A stretch of DNA of 27,017 nt. Origin: Euryarchaeota archaeon UBA59 (GTDB lineage: Archaea > Thermoplasmatota > Poseidoniia > Poseidoniales > Thalassarchaeaceae). The notes below the pieces were generated by a model, which searched no databases, had not been told where the DNA came from, and saw only the letters and a list, made by a program, of their open reading frames with translations. Each line of letters starts with the position of its first letter. Positions within the stretch are counted from its first letter, which is position 1. The translations under genes and the position numbers were made by a program. Positions 8,088 through 21,422 of the stretch are shown one piece after another. The DNA is taken from positions 1 through 27,017 of the forward strand of contig DAVI01000033.1 in the NCBI GenBank assembly GCA_002505495.1, written 5' to 3'.

Positions 8088-8933
8088 TCAGTCCGTTGGG
8101 TCCGCATCGGATTGAGTCTCGCCACCGGTCGATGTGACGGACGGATTTGTGTAGCCCAACATCTCCCATGCAGTCCTTAGATCTCTGAGGTTGATCAGCC
8201 CTCTGTCCGGCAGGCTGTAATCTTCGTCAAGAGTGGTGTAGACCATTGTCAGGTCCAGAAGTGGAGCGTGGATTCTCGGCCAATCACCGCCGATTCCCAT
8301 ACCCATGAGAGTGTAGGCTGGGGCATCAACCCCGCGCAGTTCCCAAGCTGCCTCAAAGAGGTTCAGTCCGTCGCCGTAACCTCTTGTTTGGTAGCAAAGT
8401 TTCAGCAGGTCTCCGACCTCCAAATTCTCCTCGACAGCAGCGAGTATCTCCTTTGAAGGGGGCGTCCCTGCCATGTCGTGAATTGAAGCAACCGTCGAGC
8501 AGCCGGCTTCTCTTGCAGCCTCAAACAGTTCTTCGCGGACCTTGTCGTCGATGTCCAACTCGAGGTTGATCCATGAGACTCCACTTGCAATCGCTTGCCG
8601 GAGCACTTCGATTCGGCCCTCCTCATCGTCTGGAAATTGTCCTCCTTGTCGGCGCGGCATACAGGTGAAGAGAACGGTCTTTTCGATACCTTTCTTGAGC
8701 TGCTCAATCGATGCAGCAACATCGACGGCAGCGAGTGGACGAGAGACAAATTCAACTGAGGTCTCTTGCTCACCCTCCTCATTCTTGACGGTCACTTTGA
8801 CCCTCTCGACATACAACCTGTCAAACCGGACTTCGACGAGTTCGACACCTTCCCCGGTCGCCTTTTCCGCCTGCTTCACCACCTCTGCCACAGTGTTCCC
8901 GCCAAGCGAGACGCAGACCTTCGGAACCGACAT
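8088..8933 (-). CDS. aroD: Type I 3-dehydroquinate dehydratase (with variant active-site positions)
   Basis: VCVSL, EVRFD, SIHD (His), LLKL (Schiff-base Lys), MGMGxxGxxPRI. Start moved to ATG 8933, with TTAAA 26 nt upstream. Confidence 0.85.
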   Translation of the reverse strand: MSVPKVCVSLGGNTVAEVVKQAEKATGEGVELVEVRFDRLYVERVKVTVKNEEGEQETSVEFVSRPLAAVDVAASIEQLKKGIEKTVLFTCMPRRQGGQFPDDEEGRIEVLRQAIASGVSWINLELDIDDKVREELFEAAREAGCSTVASIHDMAGTPPSKEILAAVEENLEVGDLLKLCYQTRGYGDGLNLFEAAWELRGVDAPAYTLMGMGIGGDWPRIHAPLLDLTMVYTTLDEDYSLPDRGLINLRDLRTAWEMLGYTNPSVTSTGGETQSDADPTD

Positions 8934-8958
8934 CGAGCGGCGCCACCGGCCAGTCCTG

Positions 8959-8963
8959 TTTAA
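8959..8963 (-). promoter_or_regulatory. Candidate TATA box for leaderless aroD
   Basis: TTAAA on the minus strand 26 nt upstream of ATG 8933. Confidence 0.4.
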
Positions 8964-9129
8964 CGGTGATGTATCGAAAAGCCCCCTCTGAATGAGTCTC
9001 TGGAGGACTCCGAAATCGGCTATATCAAGGTTCAAAAAGCAGCAATGTGATTTCCCTCGAAATGGCGGTTTCGGAGAGGAAATAATGCTAGGGTTAATAA
9101 CCTGTCAACGGCCCCATTTAGAGTGCGCA

Positions 9130-9150
9130 GGGGGTATCTATGATACCCCC
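9130..9150. repeat. Perfect 9-bp inverted repeat, 3-nt spacer, upstream of gyrB
   Basis: GGGGGTATC-TAT-GATACCCCC, ending 24 nt before the gyrB ATG. Confidence 0.7.
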
Positions 9151-9153
9151 TGA

Positions 9154-14050
<4,897 letters not shown>

Positions 14051-14076
14051 CCACCGCCTGCCGTAGCGGCTGGTGG
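14051..14076. terminator. Bulged GC-rich hairpin between convergent genes
   Basis: CCACC-gcct-GCCG-tag-CGGC-t-GGTGG immediately after the gyrA stop. Confidence 0.3.
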
Positions 14077-14105
14077 AACCGATTCAACAAGTCGAGTTCG
14101 CCTAC

Positions 14106-15110
14106 TCACGGCGGCGGCTTATCTGGAGCGAGTGATGCCTTTGCTCGAGTCTGTTCCGTTTCCATAAGCGGCATCAGGTCGACCCCCTCCGGCGAGTCGC
14201 CCTTTCCAGCGTTGACGAACTTGGTGTGCAACACAACTGGTGCGGCCATGAGGCTTAGGAAGAGCCCACAACAGAAGAGCGAAACCGTGAACTTGGGGAG
14301 AGTGAGCCTCTCCTCTGTCATGATGGTGAGGTCGACAGTGAAATTCCGGTGTGGTGGCGGCGTATCCGAGTCCCGCATGTTGTCCCACCCATCGATGACG
14401 ATGTACATCCATTCCGTCTCTGGTTCTGCAAGGCCGAAGAAGGCCCCACTCGTCTCATCCGCGTCGAGGCTTACCGTGAAGTCGAGCTGCCTCTTCCCCT
14501 CGTATGAGTGGACGTCGCGGTAGGGCATCCAAGCGACGATGTCTCTCCATTCTGGTGGAATCAGGTTGAGCAAGTCGCGGTCTTCCAGCGCGCGAATCTC
14601 GAAATCTCGCGTATAGAAGTCCCAATCGTATTCCTGCAAGAGGTAGAAATCCACGAGTGGCGGCGGGAGATGGGCGCTCTCATTGTCTGAATGAACGACG
14701 AAGCAGAATGTGTAGCGGTAACCGTAGGTGAGGTTTAGTCGGAGCCCGGAACTCGAGTCGTTGTCAACTAGGAAAGAGGCGTGGAAGTCGCTTCTGAGAG
14801 CTTTCAACTCGCTCCTGTTGTAGATGTTGTCACCCGACAATGCTGGGCCCCACCACCGTTGATCGCCCCACTCATCGTCAAAATCACCGTCATTTCCAGA
14901 AAAGCCATCGATCACGCCACTCATGTTGAAACTGTTCACCTGTTCGTGCCACTTAGCGGCATTCGAAGAGTCGTAACTGCAGTCCGAGGCGGCCTTCGCC
15001 GAGCCCATGTTGAGTGGTTCTGGCAGGGCCAAGAGTAGTGGGATTACAAACAGGGCAGCGAGCAGAATCGAAGGTCGCGGGTCGCTTGTTCTCGCGCCGA
15101 CTCTTGTCAT
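14106..15110 (-). CDS. Hypothetical secreted protein with beta-sandwich domain and C-terminal TM anchor
   Basis: N-terminal hydrophobic ILLAALFVIPLLLAL; beta-rich core; TM FTVSLFCCGLFLSLMAAPVVL. ATG 15110 has SD GGTGAGG (ORF track starts at GTG 15122). Confidence 0.75.
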   Translation of the reverse strand: MTRVGARTSDPRPSILLAALFVIPLLLALPEPLNMGSAKAASDCSYDSSNAAKWHEQVNSFNMSGVIDGFSGNDGDFDDEWGDQRWWGPALSGDNIYNRSELKALRSDFHASFLVDNDSSSGLRLNLTYGYRYTFCFVVHSDNESAHLPPPLVDFYLLQEYDWDFYTRDFEIRALEDRDLLNLIPPEWRDIVAWMPYRDVHSYEGKRQLDFTVSLDADETSGAFFGLAEPETEWMYIVIDGWDNMRDSDTPPPHRNFTVDLTIMTEERLTLPKFTVSLFCCGLFLSLMAAPVVLHTKFVNAGKGDSPEGVDLMPLMETEQTRAKASLAPDKPPP

Positions 15111-15118
15111 TGGTGGCC

Positions 15119-18100
15119 TCACCTGCGACGACGCGAGGTGACCGGACGCACATAACCCGATTCCTTGCTGCGCCGGTCATCCTTGGTCAGGTGCTTCGGC
15201 TTTGGTGGAGGGGCGTGGTGGTCCATGCCGAGCACACCGCCTTCGGTGACCACTTGCGAGACATCGTACGCATCCACTGCCTCTTGAGCGTCGATTTCAA
15301 CCTCGGTAGGCTGTCTCATCACAATCCAACCGAGAACGAGGAGAAGCATGAGTAGAACACCGAGCAGAATTCCGCTGTCTTCCGCTTTTGGTAGTAGGGA
15401 GTCGAGACTGAAATCAGCGAGCGAATCGTCCTTCTCTGCCGGGTCTCTGATTCTGAGCGGATAGCCTTTCTCTTCGCAGACTCCAATTCCGGTACAGACT
15501 TCCAAGATGACGTATATCTCTCCCGGACTCGACCAGTTGACGAAGACGAAGCCGTCCTCTGACTGGGGTTGCCAATCGTTGGTGGTATCTCCATCATCGT
15601 CGCTGTCAATCCTGTCATCAATATCCCAGTTGAAGACCAGTGCTTCGGCTCCGACGATCGAGTCAACGCTGTCGTGGTCGTCGTCTGTGATACCATTGTT
15701 GTCACTGTCGTTGGTCACGTCGTCATCATACCACGCACTCATTCCAAGGAGGCCGTCATGGTCGATGGCCGAGCCGCCTAGCATATAGTCGAATCCGGAG
15801 TATACTGCATCTTCAAACGGTGTGCTCGTCACGATTTCGGGAGCCTGTGAAACGACAACATCCCTCGTCGAATGATTGACGTCTCCGGTTCCAAAGCCGT
15901 CGCGTAGGGTGAGGGTCACAGTATAGGATCCCGGAGTGCTGTAGGTGTGCCAGGCGTTTGGTGAATTGGCAAGAGGCGAGCCATCGCCGAAGTCCCAGCT
16001 GTACTGTGTGATTCCGTTCCAATTGGGGTCACTCTCATCGAGAGGCACGTCCATTCCCAAGAACTGTGCATCTCCGTCCCTGCTACCGGTCGAGTCGAAG
16101 CGCAACCACGTCCCCGGTGCTGCAAAGATGGCTCCTGTATTGGTGAAGGTGTGCCGCCAGCTGAATTGGCTGAGGTCATCGCTGGGTGCGGTTATGGACG
16201 CTCCCGTGGTCGCATCCCGCCCCTCATAGATGGTCATCTGCGGGAGCGGCAGCGGATTTGCAATCTCGATGATATACGACTTGGGGAGAGATGCGCGCCC
16301 CAACTCATCGATTACCACCAGTTGCACAGAGTGGGTGCCCGGAGTGGTGAAAGTGTGGACGATTGCAGTCTGGTTGACGATTGTCTGGTTGAGGTCGGAG
16401 AGGGTCCAGATCGTCGTCATGTTACCGGAGTTTCCGTCCGGGTCAAACGATTGGCTTTGGAAGGAGTACGGGGTCACCGTATCACCCTCGTCAGGGCGAG
16501 CGAAAAGGGCTACTGGTCGCTGATTGTTGACAGTTATTTGGATGATTGCCACCGAGGTGTTTCCATAATTGTCAGTAGCGATCAAAGTGATGTTCTTGAC
16601 TCCCGGAGTTCGCCACGCAGGAGTTGGATTCTCATCGCTTGAGGTGGTGCTGGTGAACGAGTCAGCCATCGAAATCGTACCACCGTCGAGATTCACCCCT
16701 TCTGTGAAAATCCACTGCCAGATATCGATGCTTCCGTCGTCGTCGGTGAAGACGGTCGGCATCGGCAGAGGGGTGAGCGTGTCGACTTCGAGAGGCAGGT
16801 CGAAAATCTGTCTCGGTACGCGGTTGAGAATGAGGATGATGAGGCTCTCATTGACCGTGTGGGTGCCATCACTGACGGTCAGGGTGAGGGTGTAGAAGGT
16901 CCCATTCGAGGAACCATTACTCCAATCATGGGCAGCGCTGAGATAGCCGATTCCACCTTCATTCGTACCATCGCCCCAGTCCCATTGGAAGTCGAGGTAT
17001 TCGTCAGGCACATTGTCCTCCGTGAGATGAGCCCCAAACATCACCATCTGAGATGTGAGCAGCGTGATGCCGCCCTGCACCTCTTGCCCATCAACGCTGA
17101 TCTTGATGTCAGGAATGATGGAATCCGTGATGTTCATCGACCACATCTGTGGCTCGCTCTCGGCGCCTCCGATGTCAGTAACCACCAATGTCGCGTTGAA
17201 ATCTCCTACCATGGTATAGGCGCGGCTCGGTGTGCGGAGCCACGACTGGCCACCATCACCGAAGTCCCATAGGTAGGCTGTTGGTGATGCGTTGTGGGAA
17301 AACGATTGGTTGTTGCTCGAAAATCCCCAAATGTCGTAGCCAGCCCCATTGAACTGAATCGGCAACCAGGTTTGGGAGGTGTTGGAGGAGAGCGAGCCGG
17401 TGGAGATGGGGGCCATGTTGTAGGTGGTGGTTGGGAGGGTCAGCACTGCGGCGTTGTCAACCGGGTTTCCAATCTGGTCGAACATCTGTGCATACAGCTG
17501 CCAGTCTCCGTCCATCGGCGGGGTGAACCATATCGAGCGGTTCACCGTCGCACCTTGGCCGGCACCAACCGAGATGGTCATCGTATCGTAGAGCGTGTTG
17601 TTGTTGAACGCCTTCACTTCGATGTCGAGTATTTCCCAAAAGGCTGTGGAATTGACCCGAAGAGTCCACTCCATTGTGTCGGGAAGCGTGTCGTTGTCGC
17701 GGTCGTGGAGTCGAAGGGTCTGCTGGTTGATGGTGGCAGGTTGTGAGATGAGTGTCGCGTAGATGTCAATCGTGGCGGTTGGGTAAATTGCCGGCTGTCC
17801 TCCCGGCCAGCCGCAATTCGCCATTGCGTAGTCGCAGTCGTCGACCAGACTCTCGTACCAGGTGACGACATAGACGTCATCTGAGATGTTGCCAAATCCG
17901 CTCACCAGACCGGTCGCGGTCCCGCCGTTGAAGATGAGTGGCTCACTGGTCCAAGTGCCGGTCGCTATCTCTCGGTAGACCAGACGGCCTGCAAAGTTGG
18001 TCTCAGAAGCCTGTATCATCACATTGAGTGGTGAACCGGTCCCTCCAGTGAACTTGTATGCCCTGACCCCCCAACCGAACAGGGAGTCGCCTTGACGGTC

Positions 18101-19261
18101 CCAAATGCTGCCCCAATTGCTGTTGGTGTCGGTCAGTTGCAACTTGCAGAATTGCGAACTCCCACAGTTATCGAACATGTCGATGTTGTCGAGCCCGTAG
18201 GGATTCTGTGAATCATCGAGCAGGGTCGCTACGGAGAAGTTGGCGAAGATGTCCGGCATGGAATTTCCAATTTGGCCCGGTGAGCCGGGTACTGGATTGT
18301 TAGCGATGTTGACTATTCCAGCGCCACCGGTCGCAGTGTCAGCGACCAGACTCTGGATTGCCTGCCCGCCGCCCAATTTGGAGGCGAGGTAGAGCATGAA
18401 GAGGAAGCCGGCACCATAGTCAGCGAGTGACTGATTCCACCAGCGAACCGAGATGTGCGGTTGTTGGGCCCAGGAGTTGGCGTGTCCGATGACCGTGTTG
18501 GTCGCCCCGAAGCAGAGGTATGCGGCCATGTCGGCATTTCCTTCGTCGATCCAGATGTACTCGAATGGGTCCCGAGCGTTGTGTAGTAGGTGCTGCAACT
18601 CGTGCGCAAGAATCGTGTTTGCCCAACCCAAGTCGTTCACGTCGACATAGAGCACTTCACGCTGACCAGACATGCTGGGTGAGAAATATCCACCGATGTT
18701 TGCAGGGCCATCGATGTTGTAGATCACCACCTCAATCTGGCAGTTGTTATCCACATCGGGAGCGGCTCCGAAATAGGTCGTGTCAACCGAATAGATGGTT
18801 GAAGACCAGGCGGAGGCCAAGTTGTTCAGAACCGCCGAAGAGACGGACTGAGAATTCTCGACGATGAATGCCGCGTTTGGAGTCGTCTTTTCCACCGTGG
18901 CCGCAATCTGCCCTCCGCTTGTCGATATCGTGAGGCCAGTTCCTTCGCTGTGAGGGATGCAGGCCTTGCTGGTCGACTTGCCGTTCCCACCTTGTTCAAA
19001 CGGCATCACAAGGCCCGGGTATTCCGCCTCGGCCCATGCGAACTTGTGGAGTCGAGTGGCAGACCAGAGAGGTTCATCGTCATCGACGAAGAGGTATCGC
19101 TTGCCATTTATCGCCGGGTCGAAGTTGGCGATGTCACCGATGACAACTCCGCCGGCGTCTAGCACTTCGGGCTCCGCCGCGTCAGCAGCACCCGCAAACA
19201 GCGGTGCTAGCACAGATGCCAGCATCAACAAGACAAGGAAAACTGGGGTTTGGGTCTTCAT
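15119..19261 (-). CDS. 1380-aa surface metallopeptidase (M30/gluzincin-like HExxH domain) with multiple PKD domains and C-terminal TM anchor
   Basis: Signal peptide; AHELQH...WIDEG zinc motif; PKD signatures WDFGDG (twice) and WDWGDG; several DxDxDG-type acidic motifs; TM GILLGVLLMLLLVLGWIVM; basic cytoplasmic tail. Confidence 0.88.
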   Translation of the reverse strand: MKTQTPVFLVLLMLASVLAPLFAGAADAAEPEVLDAGGVVIGDIANFDPAINGKRYLFVDDDEPLWSATRLHKFAWAEAEYPGLVMPFEQGGNGKSTSKACIPHSEGTGLTISTSGGQIAATVEKTTPNAAFIVENSQSVSSAVLNNLASAWSSTIYSVDTTYFGAAPDVDNNCQIEVVIYNIDGPANIGGYFSPSMSGQREVLYVDVNDLGWANTILAHELQHLLHNARDPFEYIWIDEGNADMAAYLCFGATNTVIGHANSWAQQPHISVRWWNQSLADYGAGFLFMLYLASKLGGGQAIQSLVADTATGGAGIVNIANNPVPGSPGQIGNSMPDIFANFSVATLLDDSQNPYGLDNIDMFDNCGSSQFCKLQLTDTNSNWGSIWDRQGDSLFGWGVRAYKFTGGTGSPLNVMIQASETNFAGRLVYREIATGTWTSEPLIFNGGTATGLVSGFGNISDDVYVVTWYESLVDDCDYAMANCGWPGGQPAIYPTATIDIYATLISQPATINQQTLRLHDRDNDTLPDTMEWTLRVNSTAFWEILDIEVKAFNNNTLYDTMTISVGAGQGATVNRSIWFTPPMDGDWQLYAQMFDQIGNPVDNAAVLTLPTTTYNMAPISTGSLSSNTSQTWLPIQFNGAGYDIWGFSSNNQSFSHNASPTAYLWDFGDGGQSWLRTPSRAYTMVGDFNATLVVTDIGGAESEPQMWSMNITDSIIPDIKISVDGQEVQGGITLLTSQMVMFGAHLTEDNVPDEYLDFQWDWGDGTNEGGIGYLSAAHDWSNGSSNGTFYTLTLTVSDGTHTVNESLIILILNRVPRQIFDLPLEVDTLTPLPMPTVFTDDDGSIDIWQWIFTEGVNLDGGTISMADSFTSTTSSDENPTPAWRTPGVKNITLIATDNYGNTSVAIIQITVNNQRPVALFARPDEGDTVTPYSFQSQSFDPDGNSGNMTTIWTLSDLNQTIVNQTAIVHTFTTPGTHSVQLVVIDELGRASLPKSYIIEIANPLPLPQMTIYEGRDATTGASITAPSDDLSQFSWRHTFTNTGAIFAAPGTWLRFDSTGSRDGDAQFLGMDVPLDESDPNWNGITQYSWDFGDGSPLANSPNAWHTYSTPGSYTVTLTLRDGFGTGDVNHSTRDVVVSQAPEIVTSTPFEDAVYSGFDYMLGGSAIDHDGLLGMSAWYDDDVTNDSDNNGITDDDHDSVDSIVGAEALVFNWDIDDRIDSDDDGDTTNDWQPQSEDGFVFVNWSSPGEIYVILEVCTGIGVCEEKGYPLRIRDPAEKDDSLADFSLDSLLPKAEDSGILLGVLLMLLLVLGWIVMRQPTEVEIDAQEAVDAYDVSQVVTEGGVLGMDHHAPPPKPKHLTKDDRRSKESGYVRPVTSRRRR

Positions 19262-19272
19262 TCAATAACCAC

Positions 19273-19298
19273 CGTGAGGATACCTACGGTATCTCACG
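19273..19298. repeat. 11-bp hairpin (one bulge, 3-nt loop) in the peptidase leader
   Basis: CGTGA-g-GATACC-tac-GGTATC-TCACG. Confidence 0.55.
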
Positions 19299-19315
19299 CT
19301 TGCTCACTCTCAAGA

Positions 19316-19328
19316 CCTATTTAATAGG
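19316..19328. promoter_or_regulatory. Palindromic TATA element, candidate bidirectional promoter
   Basis: CCTATT-T-AATAGG between the divergent peptidase and glutaminyl cyclase genes. Confidence 0.55.
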
Positions 19329-19348
19329 CCTTGGTGCATCGTTCATAC

Positions 19349-20359
19349 ATGATTCCGGGCGGTTCTGTGACCTTCCTCCGAAATCACGCCCTCATCCTCG
19401 CCGCCACACTTCTCCTGATGGTCGCTGCACCACTTCCAAACGCGGCGTCGGACGGCCACCCAATTTTCGGCGTTGATTACTACGAGTTTGGAGTCAATCA
19501 GACCATCGCGCACGACGATTCCGCCTTCACTCAAGGACTCGCAATCCATGAGGGTAGGATGTACGAGAGCACCGGGATGTACGGCCAGTCGGAACTTCGA
19601 GAAATCGACATGGAGACGGGTGAAGTCCTGCGCTCCATCTCATTGAACGAGTCTGAGTTCGGCGAGGGGTTGGCGGTGGTCGGCGACGAACTGATTCAAC
19701 TGACTTGGAAGGCAGGCGTGGCTCACCGCTATTCGATTGAGACCTTTGAGGAGGTTGGCAACTACACCTACGAGGGCGAAGGGTGGGGGTTGTGTTCAGA
19801 TGGGGGTGAACTGCTCTACATGTCGAATGGTACGAGCACCTTGACATTGCGTAATTCGACCGATTTCACAGTCGTCGGTGAACTCAATGTCACGCTCGAT
19901 GGTGAACCCCTTGACCGGTTGAACGAACTCGAGTGCGTCGGTGGGGGGATGATCTATGCGAATGTCTGGTATGACGATTCCATCTACATCATCAGCAGAG
20001 ATTCGGGTGCTGTTTGGGATGTGATTGATTGCAGTGCCCTGATTCCTGAGGAAGCGGAGCCTAATCATGTTCTCAATGGAATTGCCTTCATGCCGGGTCA
20101 CAACACGACACTCTACATCACCGGGAAATATTGGCCGGTGATGTACGAAGGCGGCATGAGAGAAGTTGCTGAAGACCCTGTTGAGTGGCAAGAACCTCTC
20201 GATGACGATGAAGTTGCAGGCTGGCTGATATTCCTCATCGGGCTCATCGCGGCGGCGCTCACCTACCTCCTGTGGGGGAAAGGCTTCGACAGCCTCACCA
20301 AGAGCCGAGGGGTTCACAATCCCCCCGATGGCACGGTCTACTCGGAGGGTGAGGAATGA
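19349..20359 (+). CDS. Glutaminyl-peptide cyclotransferase (plant/bacterial beta-propeller type), secreted, C-terminally anchored
   Basis: FTQGL, ESTGxYGxS, FGEG, QLTWK, EGWGL, LNELE, ANVW, LNGIA, TGKxWP; signal peptide; TM WLIFLIGLIAAALTYLLW. Start moved to ATG 19349. Confidence 0.92.
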   Translation: MIPGGSVTFLRNHALILAATLLLMVAAPLPNAASDGHPIFGVDYYEFGVNQTIAHDDSAFTQGLAIHEGRMYESTGMYGQSELREIDMETGEVLRSISLNESEFGEGLAVVGDELIQLTWKAGVAHRYSIETFEEVGNYTYEGEGWGLCSDGGELLYMSNGTSTLTLRNSTDFTVVGELNVTLDGEPLDRLNELECVGGGMIYANVWYDDSIYIISRDSGAVWDVIDCSALIPEEAEPNHVLNGIAFMPGHNTTLYITGKYWPVMYEGGMREVAEDPVEWQEPLDDDEVAGWLIFLIGLIAAALTYLLWGKGFDSLTKSRGVHNPPDGTVYSEGEE

Positions 20360-21318
20360 GCGCTGACTCTGACAGGCAGAAGCGTCTTGACGCGCTTCGC
20401 TCAAGAGTTCGAGAGGAGCTCGTCGATGAGGGCGTCATCGAAGACGACGAGGAACTTGAAGTGGTCATCGAGGACGAAGATGCAGCGTCATCAATTTCTC
20501 TCAGTGACAGGATTGCCCGCCGCCGTCGGCGCACGGGACGCGCTAGGCAGAAGCGCAAGGAGGCGGCATACGATGCAGTCCGCGACGGCGGCGACCCATC
20601 GATTGTCAGACTTCCAGCAGCACTGCGCGAGAGAGCCGAGGAGAGCTGGGTCCTCAACCTCGCAGTCCTTCTCATCATAGTCGGAAGCGTGCTCGGTGCC
20701 GCGAGCGGCGCTCTGCTGCTCAGCACCGACCCGCGAGACCTCGTCTCAAGTTCACTATTCGAATCATCAAACGAAGCCTATGTCCACGGTCTGTTACTCA
20801 CCCAACTCGACGCTGAAAACGGAACTGGCGGAGACGGCATGGAAGGGGTGCAAATCGATCTCATCAGGCTCTCTGACGACAGCTCAGAGGCGCGCACGGA
20901 GAGCAACGAGCAGGGTAGGTTCACCCTATCGGATGTGGCGAGAGAACCGATGTTGCTTCGCATCCAACACGAGGGCTACGTCACCGTCGAGCGGACCCTA
21001 ATTCCCGGCGAGGTTCCAGACCTCACAATCACCATGGTGTCAGGCGAGGGGGTCGATGCCGCCGACCTTCGCACCGAGAGTTATCTCGAGGCGGCACTGC
21101 AACTTTCAACCGCGATCGCAGTCCTCACCCTCATCAGCGCCGCCACTGGAGTCATCGGAGGATTGGAGGCGAGAAAAGGCGAGAGGTATCGACGGACACA
21201 GTGGTTGTGCGGGCTCGGCCTGTTCAGCCGCGGAGGCATTTTCTTCGGGCCGCTGCTGATTCTACTCGGGATGGCCCTACTCATGCTTGCGAGACCTCAA
21301 TTCGACGACCAAAGTTGA
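20356..21318 (+). CDS. Membrane protein with carboxypeptidase-regulatory-like (prealbumin-fold) domain
   Basis: Charged N-terminal region, one TM, GVQIDL...SNEQGRFTL...HEGY beta-domain, two further C-terminal hydrophobic segments; ATGA overlap with the cyclase gene. Confidence 0.7.
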   Translation: MSADSDRQKRLDALRSRVREELVDEGVIEDDEELEVVIEDEDAASSISLSDRIARRRRRTGRARQKRKEAAYDAVRDGGDPSIVRLPAALRERAEESWVLNLAVLLIIVGSVLGAASGALLLSTDPRDLVSSSLFESSNEAYVHGLLLTQLDAENGTGGDGMEGVQIDLIRLSDDSSEARTESNEQGRFTLSDVAREPMLLRIQHEGYVTVERTLIPGEVPDLTITMVSGEGVDAADLRTESYLEAALQLSTAIAVLTLISAATGVIGGLEARKGERYRRTQWLCGLGLFSRGGIFFGPLLILLGMALLMLARPQFDDQS

Positions 21319-21422
21319 ATCTTGGTCCCGATAACTCTCAGCACTTCAAAACCGAGTGGTTAGAATCGATGGAAGTGGAGTTTATCGCCCCCGGCGTTTT
21401 GTGAGTATACGGAGGCGGTGCC

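Noticed and set aside
20515-20560. RRRRR run as a twin-arginine signal
   Set aside because: More than 50 residues from the N-terminus, about 40 from the hydrophobic segment, and no S/T-R-R-x-F-L-K consensus.
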